The notes: generated by a model not told the origin, from the letters alone. 64,000 nt of DNA from Spirochaetaceae bacterium (GCA_051531975.1 JAOPTT010000002.1:601968-665967); one strand, 5' to 3'. Positions 1-9,968 are shown, counted from the first letter of the stretch. Translations and numbers: made by a program.

Positions 1-67
1 TTACGATAATAATTTTACCCTTTTTAAAGTCTTCTAATATATCTTCTACTTTTTCAAAGTCCTTCAT
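1..67 (-). CDS. ribBA: Bifunctional DHBP synthase/GTP cyclohydrolase II, N-terminal fragment (runs off window)
   Basis: Manual translation from ATG at 67: MKDFEKVEDILEDFKKGKIIIV, typical RibB N-terminus; starts immediately after the riboflavin synthase stop. Confidence 0.75.
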   Translation of the reverse strand, partial: MKDFEKVEDILEDFKKGKIIIV

Positions 68-68
68 T

Positions 69-692
69 TTAATACCCCCACCCTAAAAGTTTTTCTTTTG
101 TTAAACCTACTGTTTGTTTTTCTACAACTGTTTTTACTAAAATATCTGGCTCTATATTTACCAAGTCCCCTACCTTTAACAGGTTTACAGTTGTATTTGC
201 TAATGTATGTGGGATTATATTTATAATAATTACTAGCTGCCTTATTTCAGCGATAGTTAAACTTAAACCATCAACTGTTACAGACCCCTCATTTACCATG
301 TAATTATTTAATTCTGGTGATATTTTGATAGACAAGAAGGTATTTTTATTTACTTTTCTTATGTTCTTAATTACACCAGTTTCTTGAACATGCCCTTGTA
401 CAAAATGACCACCAAATGGCTTATTCATTGTTAATGCTCTTTCAAGATTCACCTTTTTAAATGGCTTCAATTTGTTTAAATTGGTTTTATTTAGGCTTTC
501 TTGCAAAATATTAACAGTAAAACTATTAGTATCTATGGCTACTACAGTTTGGCAAACACCATTTATAGAGATTGAATCACCTAGTACTGTATTTTCTAAA
601 ACGACCTTTGCTCTAATTTGTAACTTTTTGGAATTTCTGCTACCAGAAATAGATAAAACAGCTCCAACCTCTTCAATTATTCCTGTAAACAT
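69..692 (-). CDS. ribE: Riboflavin synthase (alpha chain)
   Basis: MFTGIIEEVG N-terminus, GDSISINGVCQTV, VNLERAL, GGHFVQGHV motifs; rib operon context. Confidence 0.97.
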   Translation of the reverse strand: MFTGIIEEVGAVLSISGSRNSKKLQIRAKVVLENTVLGDSISINGVCQTVVAIDTNSFTVNILQESLNKTNLNKLKPFKKVNLERALTMNKPFGGHFVQGHVQETGVIKNIRKVNKNTFLSIKISPELNNYMVNEGSVTVDGLSLTIAEIRQLVIIINIIPHTLANTTVNLLKVGDLVNIEPDILVKTVVEKQTVGLTKEKLLGWGY

Positions 693-1756
693 AACTCCTC
701 CCTATAACCATTAAAAACCATATGGTTATCTAGAATCTCAAAACTTGGTGATTTAAACTTTATACTATCTTTAGGGTGATTAATAGAAAGAGAACCCACA
801 GGAGATAGACCATTGCCCAAAAGTTTAGGGGCTGTATAAACTGTTATTTGATCCCATAAACCTGCCTCTAAAAATTGAGTAATTAGATTTGAACCACCTT
901 CTACAAATAGTGAGTTAATTCCAATGAGTTTTAATTCATCTATAATGTCTTTAATTTTAAAGGTTGATCCTTTAAGTTTTAGGAAAGAACCTCTATATCT
1001 GGCTTTATGAGATTCAGAAACCTCTTCTGAGCAGATAATTACTGGATTTTTATCAAATATCTTTAAGTTTGCCGGTGATTTTAGTAAAGGATCAATAATT
1101 ATAGGCCTTGGAGATGGTAAATTATCATACCTAACATCAAGAGTCGGATTATCTAACTCCAAGGTTCTTCTTCCTACGATAATTCCATCACAACAGGATC
1201 TATGGAAATGACTGTTTTTCCTACACTCTTCACTGGATATCCATTTAGAAACACCATCAGATGTAGCAATCTGCCCATCCAATGTCTGTGCCCACTTAAT
1301 GTGTACATAAGGTCTACCAAGCTTCATGACAGTGTTAAAACCACGGTTTAGTTCCAGTGCTAACCTTTGTTCTACTCCAACCAAAACTTCTATGCCATTA
1401 GATTCTAATAATGCGAGTCCAGAACCTGAAACATTTGGGTTTAAATCGACTTGGGAAACTACAACACGTTTAATACCGGCTTTAATAATGGCATCACAAC
1501 AGGGAGGATTGTTTTTACCCTTGTAGAACTTAGAACATGGTTCTAGGTTGCAATAAAGAGTACTACCTACCGTTGATTCGATACAGGATTCTATAGCATT
1601 AATTTCAGCATGTTTGCCTCTATAATACTCATGATAACCCTGTCCAATAATTTCTTCATTTTTAACAATGACTGCACCAACTAAGGGGTTTGGAGATACT
1701 TTTCCTAAACCACCCCGGGCGAGGGATATCGCCCTTTTCATAAAATAATTATCCAA
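677..1756 (-). CDS. ribD: Bifunctional diaminohydroxyphosphoribosylaminopyrimidine deaminase/reductase
   Basis: PNPLVGAVIV, HAE, LEPC..PPC Zn-deaminase motifs; KWAQTLDG and VEGG reductase motifs; TTG start with AGGAG SD. Confidence 0.97.
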   Translation of the reverse strand: MDNYFMKRAISLARGGLGKVSPNPLVGAVIVKNEEIIGQGYHEYYRGKHAEINAIESCIESTVGSTLYCNLEPCSKFYKGKNNPPCCDAIIKAGIKRVVVSQVDLNPNVSGSGLALLESNGIEVLVGVEQRLALELNRGFNTVMKLGRPYVHIKWAQTLDGQIATSDGVSKWISSEECRKNSHFHRSCCDGIIVGRRTLELDNPTLDVRYDNLPSPRPIIIDPLLKSPANLKIFDKNPVIICSEEVSESHKARYRGSFLKLKGSTFKIKDIIDELKLIGINSLFVEGGSNLITQFLEAGLWDQITVYTAPKLLGNGLSPVGSLSINHPKDSIKFKSPSFEILDNHMVFNGYREELCLQE

Positions 1757-1814
1757 TAAGGATCTCCTAAATTATAAGGGCGTGACAAAAAGAATTGAGA
1801 TTTGTTTTTTATAA

Positions 1815-1943
1815 CATTTTCTTCCATCCGGACTGTACCGTTGGTATTGGAATTTCACCAAATCAGTCCAAGAGTAAACCCTTGGAGTCGTGGACTATAA
1901 CCACCAGTTGGGAATTGCTTACGCTCACCCGACCCTGAAAATT
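1815..1943 (-). promoter_or_regulatory. FMN riboswitch (RFN element)
   Basis: Minus strand reads UUUUCAGGGUCGGGUGA...AAUUCCCAACUGGUGGUUAUAGUCCACGA...GAUUUGGUGAAAUUCCAAUACCAACGGUACAGUCCGGAUGGAAGAAAA, matching the RFN consensus, directly upstream of ribD. Confidence 0.95.
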
Positions 1944-1949
1944 GTATTC

Positions 1950-1979
1950 ATCTTAATTGCAAATGAATTAGGATGTCAA
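1950..1979 (-). promoter_or_regulatory. Sigma70-type promoter of the rib operon
   Basis: TTGACA-18 nt-TAAGAT just upstream of the riboswitch P1. Confidence 0.6.
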
Positions 1980-2056
1980 GTAATTTTTATATTGTATAAG
2001 TTATATAATTAGAGGATGGACCTAGGAATTTAATAGAGAATTCAAACAGAAATTTA

Positions 2057-2087
2057 AAATGGCTCCGATTGAATACCGGAGCCATTT
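2057..2087 (-). terminator. Intrinsic terminator downstream of lipoprotein gene
   Basis: Perfect 11-bp inverted repeat AAATGGCTCCG/CGGAGCCATTT with T-rich tail on the minus strand. Confidence 0.7.
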
Positions 2088-2161
2088 AATGCAAACTGCT
2101 TAGAAAAGAGTATCCACAATCTAGGATTAGTTCATTAAAGCAGAATTCTTAAATAGATAAA

Positions 2162-2908
2162 TTAAATAGTTGGAGCCAAAGTCTGCAACATATTTTGGTA
2201 ATTTATATTACCATTGTTTAAATCAAAAACATACCAATAAATATTTGTATAATCTCCGTAATTTGGCGGAGTAAATGATTCAACAAATCCATATTGATCA
2301 TATACTGTAACTAATGCATCTGAGTATGGGAAATTTTCATCTTGGCTATAATTATATACATAATATTTGTATGTAATACCTGCTAAGCCATTTAAAGTAA
2401 TTGTTTCTGGACCATACTGATATGAATCACTTCTATTTAGAGTAGATGAACCACCTGCTGTAAATAAAATATTTGCATCTAAATCAGTTGGATTATCACC
2501 CCAAGTTAATACAATACGATACTCTCCATAACCTAAATAAGGATTTCCTATTATTTCATTATCAGAAATATATGTTGTATTATATTCAGTAATTTCTACT
2601 TCAATAGAGACAAAGTCATGATTATATGATGAAAAATCTAATGTTCTATAACCAGGTGGTAACTCAATGTAAAAAGAACCATCCCAATCACTAGTGGTTG
2701 AATAACTAGTCATTTCATAATCACTAATAGTTACCCCAGATATACCCTCACCTGTAACAGCATCGTACACTGTTCCACTTGCATAACCTATTTCTTCGTA
2801 ATAATCATCACCACCACCATCATCACCTTCTATCAATTCTAATAAGCTATCACAACTAGTCATTAACAAAAATGTAGATAATATTAATATTATTATTTTT
2901 TTACTCAT
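2162..2908 (-). CDS. Acidic lipoprotein with carboxypeptidase-regulatory-like Ig domain and YfaP/DUF2135-like C-terminal domain
   Basis: Lipobox LMTSC; SGTVYDAVTGEGISGVTI...DGSFYIELPPG; YRIVLTWGDNPTDLD...GPETITL; AAGGAG SD. Confidence 0.7.
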   Translation of the reverse strand: MSKKIIILILSTFLLMTSCDSLLELIEGDDGGGDDYYEEIGYASGTVYDAVTGEGISGVTISDYEMTSYSTTSDWDGSFYIELPPGYRTLDFSSYNHDFVSIEVEITEYNTTYISDNEIIGNPYLGYGEYRIVLTWGDNPTDLDANILFTAGGSSTLNRSDSYQYGPETITLNGLAGITYKYYVYNYSQDENFPYSDALVTVYDQYGFVESFTPPNYGDYTNIYWYVFDLNNGNINYQNMLQTLAPTI

Positions 2909-3129
2909 TTATAACTCCTTTTTATACTTAACTAAATTTCCAAGCAAAAAAGACTAATATAACTTTTTGTTTAAGAAGAAAACCTAATTAAATATTTTCT
3001 TATATTTAAAACTTTTTTAATCTCACCTAATAATATTTCAATACTATTTTATTCTCTTCACTTCTATTATTAACTTTAGTATTGCATAGCTTGTTGAACA
3101 AATAGATAGAACGGCTTTTAGAATGAAAC

Positions 3130-3347
3130 TAGTATACACAGAGCCATAAAGAGAACACCTGCGCTATATCGTGAATAATTTCACTATTAATCCCACGTAG
3201 GAGATTATCTTTATATTATTATGCAACTAATTTTATTTTAAATTAGGTGGTTTGTCCTCGTTATTCAAAATAAATAACCCCCTCATAATTAAAATTAATT
3301 ATAAACTTCTTACTTATAACTATATGATCCAAAGTTGAATAACACAA
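3130..3347 (-). ncRNA. Putative small RNA, copy 1 of a two-copy family, coordinates include its promoter
   Basis: Homologous to 51069-51544; 36-nt identical core (3188-3223 = 51136-51171); TTGTGT-17-TATAGT promoter; hairpins that pair best on the minus strand via G.U. Confidence 0.6.
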
Positions 3348-3490
3348 TGATTCAATCTTAGAAATGGAAAGAAAAGACTTATTATTTCGAAAGATATAAT
3401 ATAAATACCACAGAAAAAGATCATTATAAGTTATCAGGGATCTCTGTCTAAGTATCAGGTGTAATTGTATTCCTCATATATAAGTCAAAG

Positions 3491-3994
3491 TTAATTTCTT
3501 GTTAACTTAATAATCTCGTTACTATGTTTTGGGTAAGATTTAATTAATTCTTCCCTAGAAAACAGTTCAAAATCTTCAAAGTCAAATCCAAAACTTACCA
3601 TACATCCAACTAGAGAATAACCTTTACCACTTTTAACATAACTACCAAATATAGTCCCTGCTGGTACAAGGACTTGAGGACATTCCCCTTTATCAATATC
3701 AACCCCAAGGGTTACAGATATTAGAGACCCATCTATATTAATCATAGAGATAATAAGTGGTTCTCCATCGTGGAAATACCAAATTTCATCAGATTTTAAT
3801 CTATGAAAATTAGAGACTTCCCTGTCTTTTATAAGGAAATATATACTTGTAGATAAGGGACGAGTACCACTAGTATCAAGCCCTATAAAGCTATTATCTA
3901 TATTGTGATCTGATTTATAAAATAGAGAGAAGTAACCACCCTCAGGATGTTCTTCCATATTTAATTTTTTTATCCAATAATTATTATCTTTCAT
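3491..3994 (-). CDS. Cupin domain protein (DUF985/Cupin_5 family)
   Basis: HPEGGYF, STSIYFL, FHRLKSDEIWYFHDG, LVGCMVSFGFDFEDF motifs. Confidence 0.9.
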   Translation of the reverse strand: MKDNNYWIKKLNMEEHPEGGYFSLFYKSDHNIDNSFIGLDTSGTRPLSTSIYFLIKDREVSNFHRLKSDEIWYFHDGEPLIISMINIDGSLISVTLGVDIDKGECPQVLVPAGTIFGSYVKSGKGYSLVGCMVSFGFDFEDFELFSREELIKSYPKHSNEIIKLTRN

Positions 3995-3996
3995 AA

Positions 3997-5463
3997 TTAT
4001 AATTCAAGTTTATTTGCAATTTCATTTAATTCTTCAGATGATCGTGCATTTTTATTTGTCTCTTCAACTAACCCTTGTAGTGCATTTGTTATCTGGTTTA
4101 TACCTTCAGATTGTTCTTTTATTGAATCTGTTATTTCATGGGAAATAGATTTAAGGTTTTTAGCATTTTCAAGAATCGTTCCAGTAGCTTTGGCCTGTTC
4201 ACTTGCTGCGGAATCAATGGAATTAACCATATTATCAACACTATTAATTGTATCTACAATGTTATTAATTGCATCAAGAGATTCATTAATATTATTTATA
4301 TTTTGTTCTGCTTTAGTATGACTGTCGTCTGACAACTCTTTTGTTTCCACAACATCTATTTTTATCTCTTTAATAATTTGATCAATTCTTTTAGATGATG
4401 CCTGTGCACTTTCTGCTAATTTTCCTATTTCGTTTGCTACAACACTAAATCCTTTTCCTGACTCTCCTGCATGAGCAGCCTCAATGGCGGCATTCATAGA
4501 TAATAGATTTGTTTGAGCCGAAACGCTATTAATTACTTTTAGAATTTCATCAACTTTCTGTGTTTTTTCATTTAATGAGTTTATTTTATTAGAAATATGT
4601 TCCAAGCTCTCATTTATACCAGAAATAGAATGTAAAGTATCTTTTATTTTTCCTTCTCCTATCCTTGCAACATTAACATTCTCCCTAGATAATACTGAGG
4701 CTTTAGATGAATTCTGGGAAACAGACTCTATACTTGCACTCATCTCTTCAAGAGCAGTAACAGTATCCTCAATAACATTAAATTGTTTTGTAGTATTGTT
4801 ACTTATGCTGCTTAAGTTTTGAGAAAATTGAACTGATGTTGCTGAGAGTTCTTCAGTAGCTGAAGCTTCGAGCTCAATAGTCTCCTTTAAATCTATTGAA
4901 GACTTCTTTAGTTGAGTAACAGCTTTATCCAATCTGGATTTTATTGTTACATCTGAAACAATTTCTATATGCCCAATTTTTTTTGTTTTATCTTTTCTAT
5001 GATAGAGGTAATTAGTATCAACCTGAAAGTTCATATCAAGCCCTTCATTAGTAAAATAGGATCTTGGATCTCCGTTTCTAAGCATCATTACACCACATTT
5101 TGGAGTTTCACATATATCAGCTCCCCAGCGACTGCATTGTTGTCCTACTATTTCATCTCTCTCAACACCTATAATATCTTTTACTGGTTTATTTATAAAT
5201 GTCCAGTTCATATCTATATCTGTAACTGATATTGGATTAGGTATAGAATCTAATAATTGTCCATACCAATCATCAAGATCATAATATGATTTTATCAATA
5301 TATAAATAGTTAAAGCTACAAGTATTATTATTACTGGTATAGAGAAAATAATAACTCCTCCAAGAATAGATTTAAGAATTGTATACGATACTAAATCAAA
5401 TAATGTTAAAGTAGATATGGATATTAAGAGTATAGTTACTAATTTTTTATTTTTCATAAACAT
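3997..5463 (-). CDS. Methyl-accepting chemotaxis protein with two TM helices and a Cys-rich PAS domain
   Basis: [34 protein letters not shown] signalling hairpin; PAS with [14 protein letters not shown]; true start may be ATG 5457. Confidence 0.92.
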   Translation of the reverse strand: MFMKNKKLVTILLISISTLTLFDLVSYTILKSILGGVIIFSIPVIIILVALTIYILIKSYYDLDDWYGQLLDSIPNPISVTDIDMNWTFINKPVKDIIGVERDEIVGQQCSRWGADICETPKCGVMMLRNGDPRSYFTNEGLDMNFQVDTNYLYHRKDKTKKIGHIEIVSDVTIKSRLDKAVTQLKKSSIDLKETIELEASATEELSATSVQFSQNLSSISNNTTKQFNVIEDTVTALEEMSASIESVSQNSSKASVLSRENVNVARIGEGKIKDTLHSISGINESLEHISNKINSLNEKTQKVDEILKVINSVSAQTNLLSMNAAIEAAHAGESGKGFSVVANEIGKLAESAQASSKRIDQIIKEIKIDVVETKELSDDSHTKAEQNINNINESLDAINNIVDTINSVDNMVNSIDSAASEQAKATGTILENAKNLKSISHEITDSIKEQSEGINQITNALQGLVEETNKNARSSEELNEIANKLEL

Positions 5464-5553
5464 TCCTTTAATATTTTATAATTAATTATTATATAGAATT
5501 ATTCCATTTACAAATATTTTATTGAGGAAATCTAATTTCGTTAGTTAATACGA

Positions 5554-7842
5554 TTATTTACTTTTTAAAATCTTTTTGATTAATTTGTTAATCTCATAAT
5601 CCATGAAGGGCTTTTTAATAAAACCTGCTAGCCCCATTTTTCTTAGATCATTTATATTTTCGTCCTTAGTATAGCCTGACGAAATTATGACTTTACAGTT
5701 TTCATCAATCATCTTCATCTTCATATATGTTTCACTTCCACTCATATCAGGCATTATCATATCCATAATGACTAAGTCAATATTTCCATACTGCTGCTTA
5801 AAAAGTGTCAAACATTCCATTCCATTCTTTGCTAATAACACCTTATATCCCATCTCTTCAAGCATATCTTTTACAGTTATCCTGATTATTTCTTCATCAT
5901 CTACTAATAATATGATACCTGACCCAGTTACAATAATTGATTCATTTTTTATTAAGATTGCTTTTTTTTCTGAACAGGGAAGTTGAATTGTAAATGTAGT
6001 TCCTATTCCAACCTCACTTCTCACAAATATTGAACCATGATGCCCGAGTATTGTCCCATAAACTGTAGATAACCCAAGCCCAGTGCCTTTCCCTTGTTCC
6101 TTAGTTGTAAAAAATGGATCAAATATTTTTTTTAAATTTTCATATTTTATACCACAACCTGTATCACTAATTTCAATTTCAATATAATTACCTGGTTTGA
6201 TCTTAAATATACTGGATTCACAATATAATTTATCTAATTGCACCTGTTTTGTTCCAAAGATAATTTCACCACCATCAGGCATCGCATGACTAGCATTTAT
6301 TCCTAGATTTAGTAGAGAACTCTGTAAAAAAGAAGAATTTGCTTCTATAAAATGAGGTTTTGAGTTTTTAATAAGTGATATTGTAATTTTTTTATCTAGT
6401 GTGCTTTTTAAAATCTCAATAGTGTTTTCTATAATATTATGAATATCTATTATTTCAAAAGTAAATTTCTCTTTCCTACCTAGTGTTAACAACTGAGAGG
6501 TTAAATCTGCAGCCCTTATAGTAGATTGAAGTATTAACTCTACACACTTAATTCCCTTTTTGTCCAAACCTCTATCTTTTGATAACAATACATTCCCAGC
6601 TGCAGCTATTCCACCAAGCATATTGTTAAAATCATGGGCGATACCCCCAGCAAGTTGCCCTATTGCATCCATTTTACTACTTTGAAATATTTGTTCTTCT
6701 AATATTATACGTTTCGTAATATCGGTTGATATACCGGATAAGGCATAAGTTTCACCCGAACTATTTTTGAGGGGGAATTTAACTGAAATATAGGTGTGCT
6801 CTCCATCTTTCAATTTAGCAGTTTCTTCAAACTCAAGAAGACAATCAGATTCTAATACATTACGATCATTGTCCTGATAGTATTTAGCAATCTCTTCAGG
6901 CATTATTTCGTAATCTGTTTTCCCATAAGCTTCTTTATCTGAAATATTGAAAGCTCGTTCAAACATTCTGTTAACAAATTGATAACGTCCTTCTAGATCT
7001 TTTATGAATATTATTGATGAAGTATTATTCAGTAAATCACGCTGTTGTTGCTGACTCTCTCCCAATGCCTCTTCTGCAATTTTACGCTCAATAATTTCAT
7101 GCTTTGTTGTCTCAAACAACTGTTTTGCTGAAGATGTATCTTTAGAAATCGTAAACTGCCGCATATTATGTCTATTTATATCATTCTTATTTCTTAACTG
7201 GTTTTCTGCAGGATCCTGAACAGCACGTTTTGTTTTTATATTTACTTCTGAATATTTTTTTAACTCATAAATAGATTCATCTAATTTTACTTTCGCAGTA
7301 ATATCTGATACTAATTCTAAGTGCCCTATCTTATTTTTTTTTAAATCATATAGATAGGTTGTATCAACTTGATAATTCTTATCAATGCCCTCATTAACAA
7401 AATAAGAGGTCCCTTCATCTTTTCGTAATAGACAAATGCCACATCTTTCAGTATTACAAATGTCGGCATTCCAGTTAGAACATTGTAATCCAATGGCATC
7501 TTCCCGTGTTCTGCCTATTATATCTTTTACAGAACGGTTAATAAAAGTCCAGTTCATATCTAAATCTGTTATTGACATCGGTAAATAAACAAAATCTAAA
7601 ATTTGTTCATACCAGTTATTTAATTCTTTAAAGGAATTTGATGTCTTTAATACAATAATAACCATATTAATTGAAACTAGTGGTAGTGAAACTAGTAAAA
7701 TGATAAAAGGATTATATTTTGTGACGATTATCAAAATAAAGTCTAAAATAAATATAGCTACCAAAAAAAATAATCCAATAATTAATTGAACAATCATATT
7801 CTTTGTTAACTTTTTATACATATTTATTCCTCTATAAATCAT
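5554..7842 (-). CDS. Hybrid sensor histidine kinase (TM-PAS-PAS-HisKA-HATPase-REC)
   Basis: GQLAGGIAHDFNN H-box, NLGINASHAM N-box, DTGCG, FFTTKEQGKGTGLGL, C-terminal receiver LLVDDE...MDMIMP. Confidence 0.93.
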   Translation of the reverse strand: MIYRGINMYKKLTKNMIVQLIIGLFFLVAIFILDFILIIVTKYNPFIILLVSLPLVSINMVIIVLKTSNSFKELNNWYEQILDFVYLPMSITDLDMNWTFINRSVKDIIGRTREDAIGLQCSNWNADICNTERCGICLLRKDEGTSYFVNEGIDKNYQVDTTYLYDLKKNKIGHLELVSDITAKVKLDESIYELKKYSEVNIKTKRAVQDPAENQLRNKNDINRHNMRQFTISKDTSSAKQLFETTKHEIIERKIAEEALGESQQQQRDLLNNTSSIIFIKDLEGRYQFVNRMFERAFNISDKEAYGKTDYEIMPEEIAKYYQDNDRNVLESDCLLEFEETAKLKDGEHTYISVKFPLKNSSGETYALSGISTDITKRIILEEQIFQSSKMDAIGQLAGGIAHDFNNMLGGIAAAGNVLLSKDRGLDKKGIKCVELILQSTIRAADLTSQLLTLGRKEKFTFEIIDIHNIIENTIEILKSTLDKKITISLIKNSKPHFIEANSSFLQSSLLNLGINASHAMPDGGEIIFGTKQVQLDKLYCESSIFKIKPGNYIEIEISDTGCGIKYENLKKIFDPFFTTKEQGKGTGLGLSTVYGTILGHHGSIFVRSEVGIGTTFTIQLPCSEKKAILIKNESIIVTGSGIILLVDDEEIIRITVKDMLEEMGYKVLLAKNGMECLTLFKQQYGNIDLVIMDMIMPDMSGSETYMKMKMIDENCKVIISSGYTKDENINDLRKMGLAGFIKKPFMDYEINKLIKKILKSK

Positions 7843-8003
7843 GAATATTTAGAACTGTTATTTAAATTATACTCATATTCATTTCAAAAGATAGGAATAT
7901 CTATTATATAAGCGTTTACATGGACTTGAACAAAAGTTAATACAATACACATTTCTCCTGCAGTCACATCAAAAACTGCATTGTACAGTGTTTCAAAGAA
8001 ATT

Positions 8004-9272
8004 CTACACTATTTTACAAACCAGGGTAATTGAGACTCCAATATCACTATTCTCTATATAAACATCACCATCCATAAGTCTCATAATTTGCCGTATAATA
8101 TAAAGTCCTAGACCATACCCTGGTTTATTTGAAATGTTAGATCCTCTATAAAAGCTATTAAAGACAAACTTCAGCTCTTTTTCAGGAATTTGTTGACCTG
8201 AATTATCTATTGATATTAATAAGTAGTTATCCTCTTCGTAAGATGAGACGTTTATTTTATTTAAATCTCCATATTTGATAATATTTTCTGTAATATTATC
8301 AAATACTTCAGTTATCCTATCCATATCAACTTCTATAAGTTTATTTTCTAGAAAAAAATTGAATTGGTATTCTACATTATAAAGATCGAATTTTTTATAT
8401 ATCAGATCTTCTAATAACTTATAAATATCATTGGCGTAATAATGACTTTTATTAATGTGTATATTTTTGTAACTATTCATTGAACTATTTAATAGATCTG
8501 TCGTTAATGAATCTATTATTTCAACTTTATCTTGTATTATTTTATAAATTTTGTGTTTCTCTTCATCATCATCATATATATCATCCATAAGTGCAGTAGA
8601 GTAGTTTTTAATGCCAGCTAAAGGTGTTTTTATGTCGTGGGAAATACCAGCAATGACAGTTTTTCTCTCTTTCTCTAATCTGTTTGTAATACTTTTTTGT
8701 TCTACCATCTTCTCTCTTATCATATCAAGACCCCATAAAAGCTTTTTAATTTCAGGAGAATTATTATCTATTTCGATTTTTGATACATAACCTTTTGTTA
8801 ATTTCTGGGTTATTTCTGAAATTGTGACAATGGGCTTTATATACCTTTTATAAATATAGAAAAGAAGTATAAAAGTGTATAAAAACATAACAATAAAAAA
8901 GAGAGAGATTGTCATTAAATTCAGTTCTATAATTTTACCAGAGTCTTTAATAATATATTTAACATAAAAGTCACTACTGTTTATTGGAAGTATTACTGAG
9001 ATCTCAGTAACTGGTGTTAATAAAAAATTGTCTAAATTATCATCTAATCCATACTTAAAAATTATAATATCATGAATGAAAGTATAGCTATGTATAAGGT
9101 CTTTATACTTTTCTAAATCTTTAGTATTAAAGTCAGCTGAGATTTGATTATGTAGCCGGTTTACTTCAACGATATATACTTTTTTTTCACTCTTAGATTC
9201 TCTTTCTACCAAAAAAAGAATAAGTGCTAATAGTATTCCCATTAAAATCGTATAATAAATTATTTTTTTCAA
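8004..9272 (-). CDS. Membrane sensor histidine kinase (HAMP-HisKA-HATPase)
   Basis: ISHDIKTPL H-box, ENIIKYG, FYRG..GYGLGLYI; two TM segments; overlaps the cognate regulator. Confidence 0.92.
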   Translation of the reverse strand: MKKIIYYTILMGILLALILFLVERESKSEKKVYIVEVNRLHNQISADFNTKDLEKYKDLIHSYTFIHDIIIFKYGLDDNLDNFLLTPVTEISVILPINSSDFYVKYIIKDSGKIIELNLMTISLFFIVMFLYTFILLFYIYKRYIKPIVTISEITQKLTKGYVSKIEIDNNSPEIKKLLWGLDMIREKMVEQKSITNRLEKERKTVIAGISHDIKTPLAGIKNYSTALMDDIYDDDEEKHKIYKIIQDKVEIIDSLTTDLLNSSMNSYKNIHINKSHYYANDIYKLLEDLIYKKFDLYNVEYQFNFFLENKLIEVDMDRITEVFDNITENIIKYGDLNKINVSSYEEDNYLLISIDNSGQQIPEKELKFVFNSFYRGSNISNKPGYGLGLYIIRQIMRLMDGDVYIENSDIGVSITLVCKIV

Positions 9273-9949
9273 TCTATACCCTCAAATCTATATCCAATTC
9301 CCCACTTAGTTATTATTGATATTGGTTTTTTAGGATTTTTTTCTATTTTTTCTCTTAGTTTATTAATATGTACAGTCAGAGTGGAGAGTTCACTATCACT
9401 CTCCATTCCCCATATTTTATTAAAAATAATCTCCTTTTTTAATATTTTTCCTTTGTTGTCTATAAGTAGCTTTAACAGGTCAAACTCTTTTGTTGCTAAT
9501 TGTAACTCTTTTTTTCCTAGAAAGACCTGTCTGCTTTGGGTTAATAATGTTAGAGAGCCCTCTTCTATTTTCTCTCTTTTATCTGCCATTTCATAATTTC
9601 TTCTCATATTTGCTTTCACTCTAGCAACTAGTTCATTTAACGCATAAGGTTTAACAATATAATCGTCTGCACCTAACTCTAAACCTAGTATTTTATCCTC
9701 TTCATAGTTTTTAGCACTAACTATAATAATAGGGATATTAGACCTTTCTCTAACCTCTTCACAGATGGTATATCCATCTATACCAGGAAGCATAATGTCT
9801 AATATTAGCAGTTTAATATCATGGTCCTTAATATATTCTAAAGCATCTTCTCCATTTGAAACAATCTTTGTAGAAAATCCTGCATTATCTAGGTATTTTT
9901 TTGCCATCATCTGTAAATCTTTATCATCTTCAACCAATAAAATATCCAT
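9269..9949 (-). CDS. OmpR-family response regulator
   Basis: LLVEDD, LDIMLPGIDG, GADDYIVKP, winged-helix VHINKLREKIE..TKWGIGY. Confidence 0.95.
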   Translation of the reverse strand: MDILLVEDDKDLQMMAKKYLDNAGFSTKIVSNGEDALEYIKDHDIKLLILDIMLPGIDGYTICEEVRERSNIPIIIVSAKNYEEDKILGLELGADDYIVKPYALNELVARVKANMRRNYEMADKREKIEEGSLTLLTQSRQVFLGKKELQLATKEFDLLKLLIDNKGKILKKEIIFNKIWGMESDSELSTLTVHINKLREKIEKNPKKPISIITKWGIGYRFEGID

Positions 9950-9968
9950 AACATAAACTCCTATTTAT

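Noticed and set aside
3199..3241. Plus-strand micro-ORF after AGGAG in the conserved core
   Set aside because: The SD-ATG spacing is 17 nt, and the frame is MQLILF* in copy 1 but ATG-TAA in copy 2; the promoter and G.U pattern favour the minus strand.
3130..3347. 6S RNA, tmRNA, SRP RNA or T-box identity for the duplicated element
   Set aside because: I see no long end-to-end rod with a central bubble, no tRNA-like ends, and no SRP or T-box consensus; the fold is a string of short local hairpins. An Rfam search is still needed.
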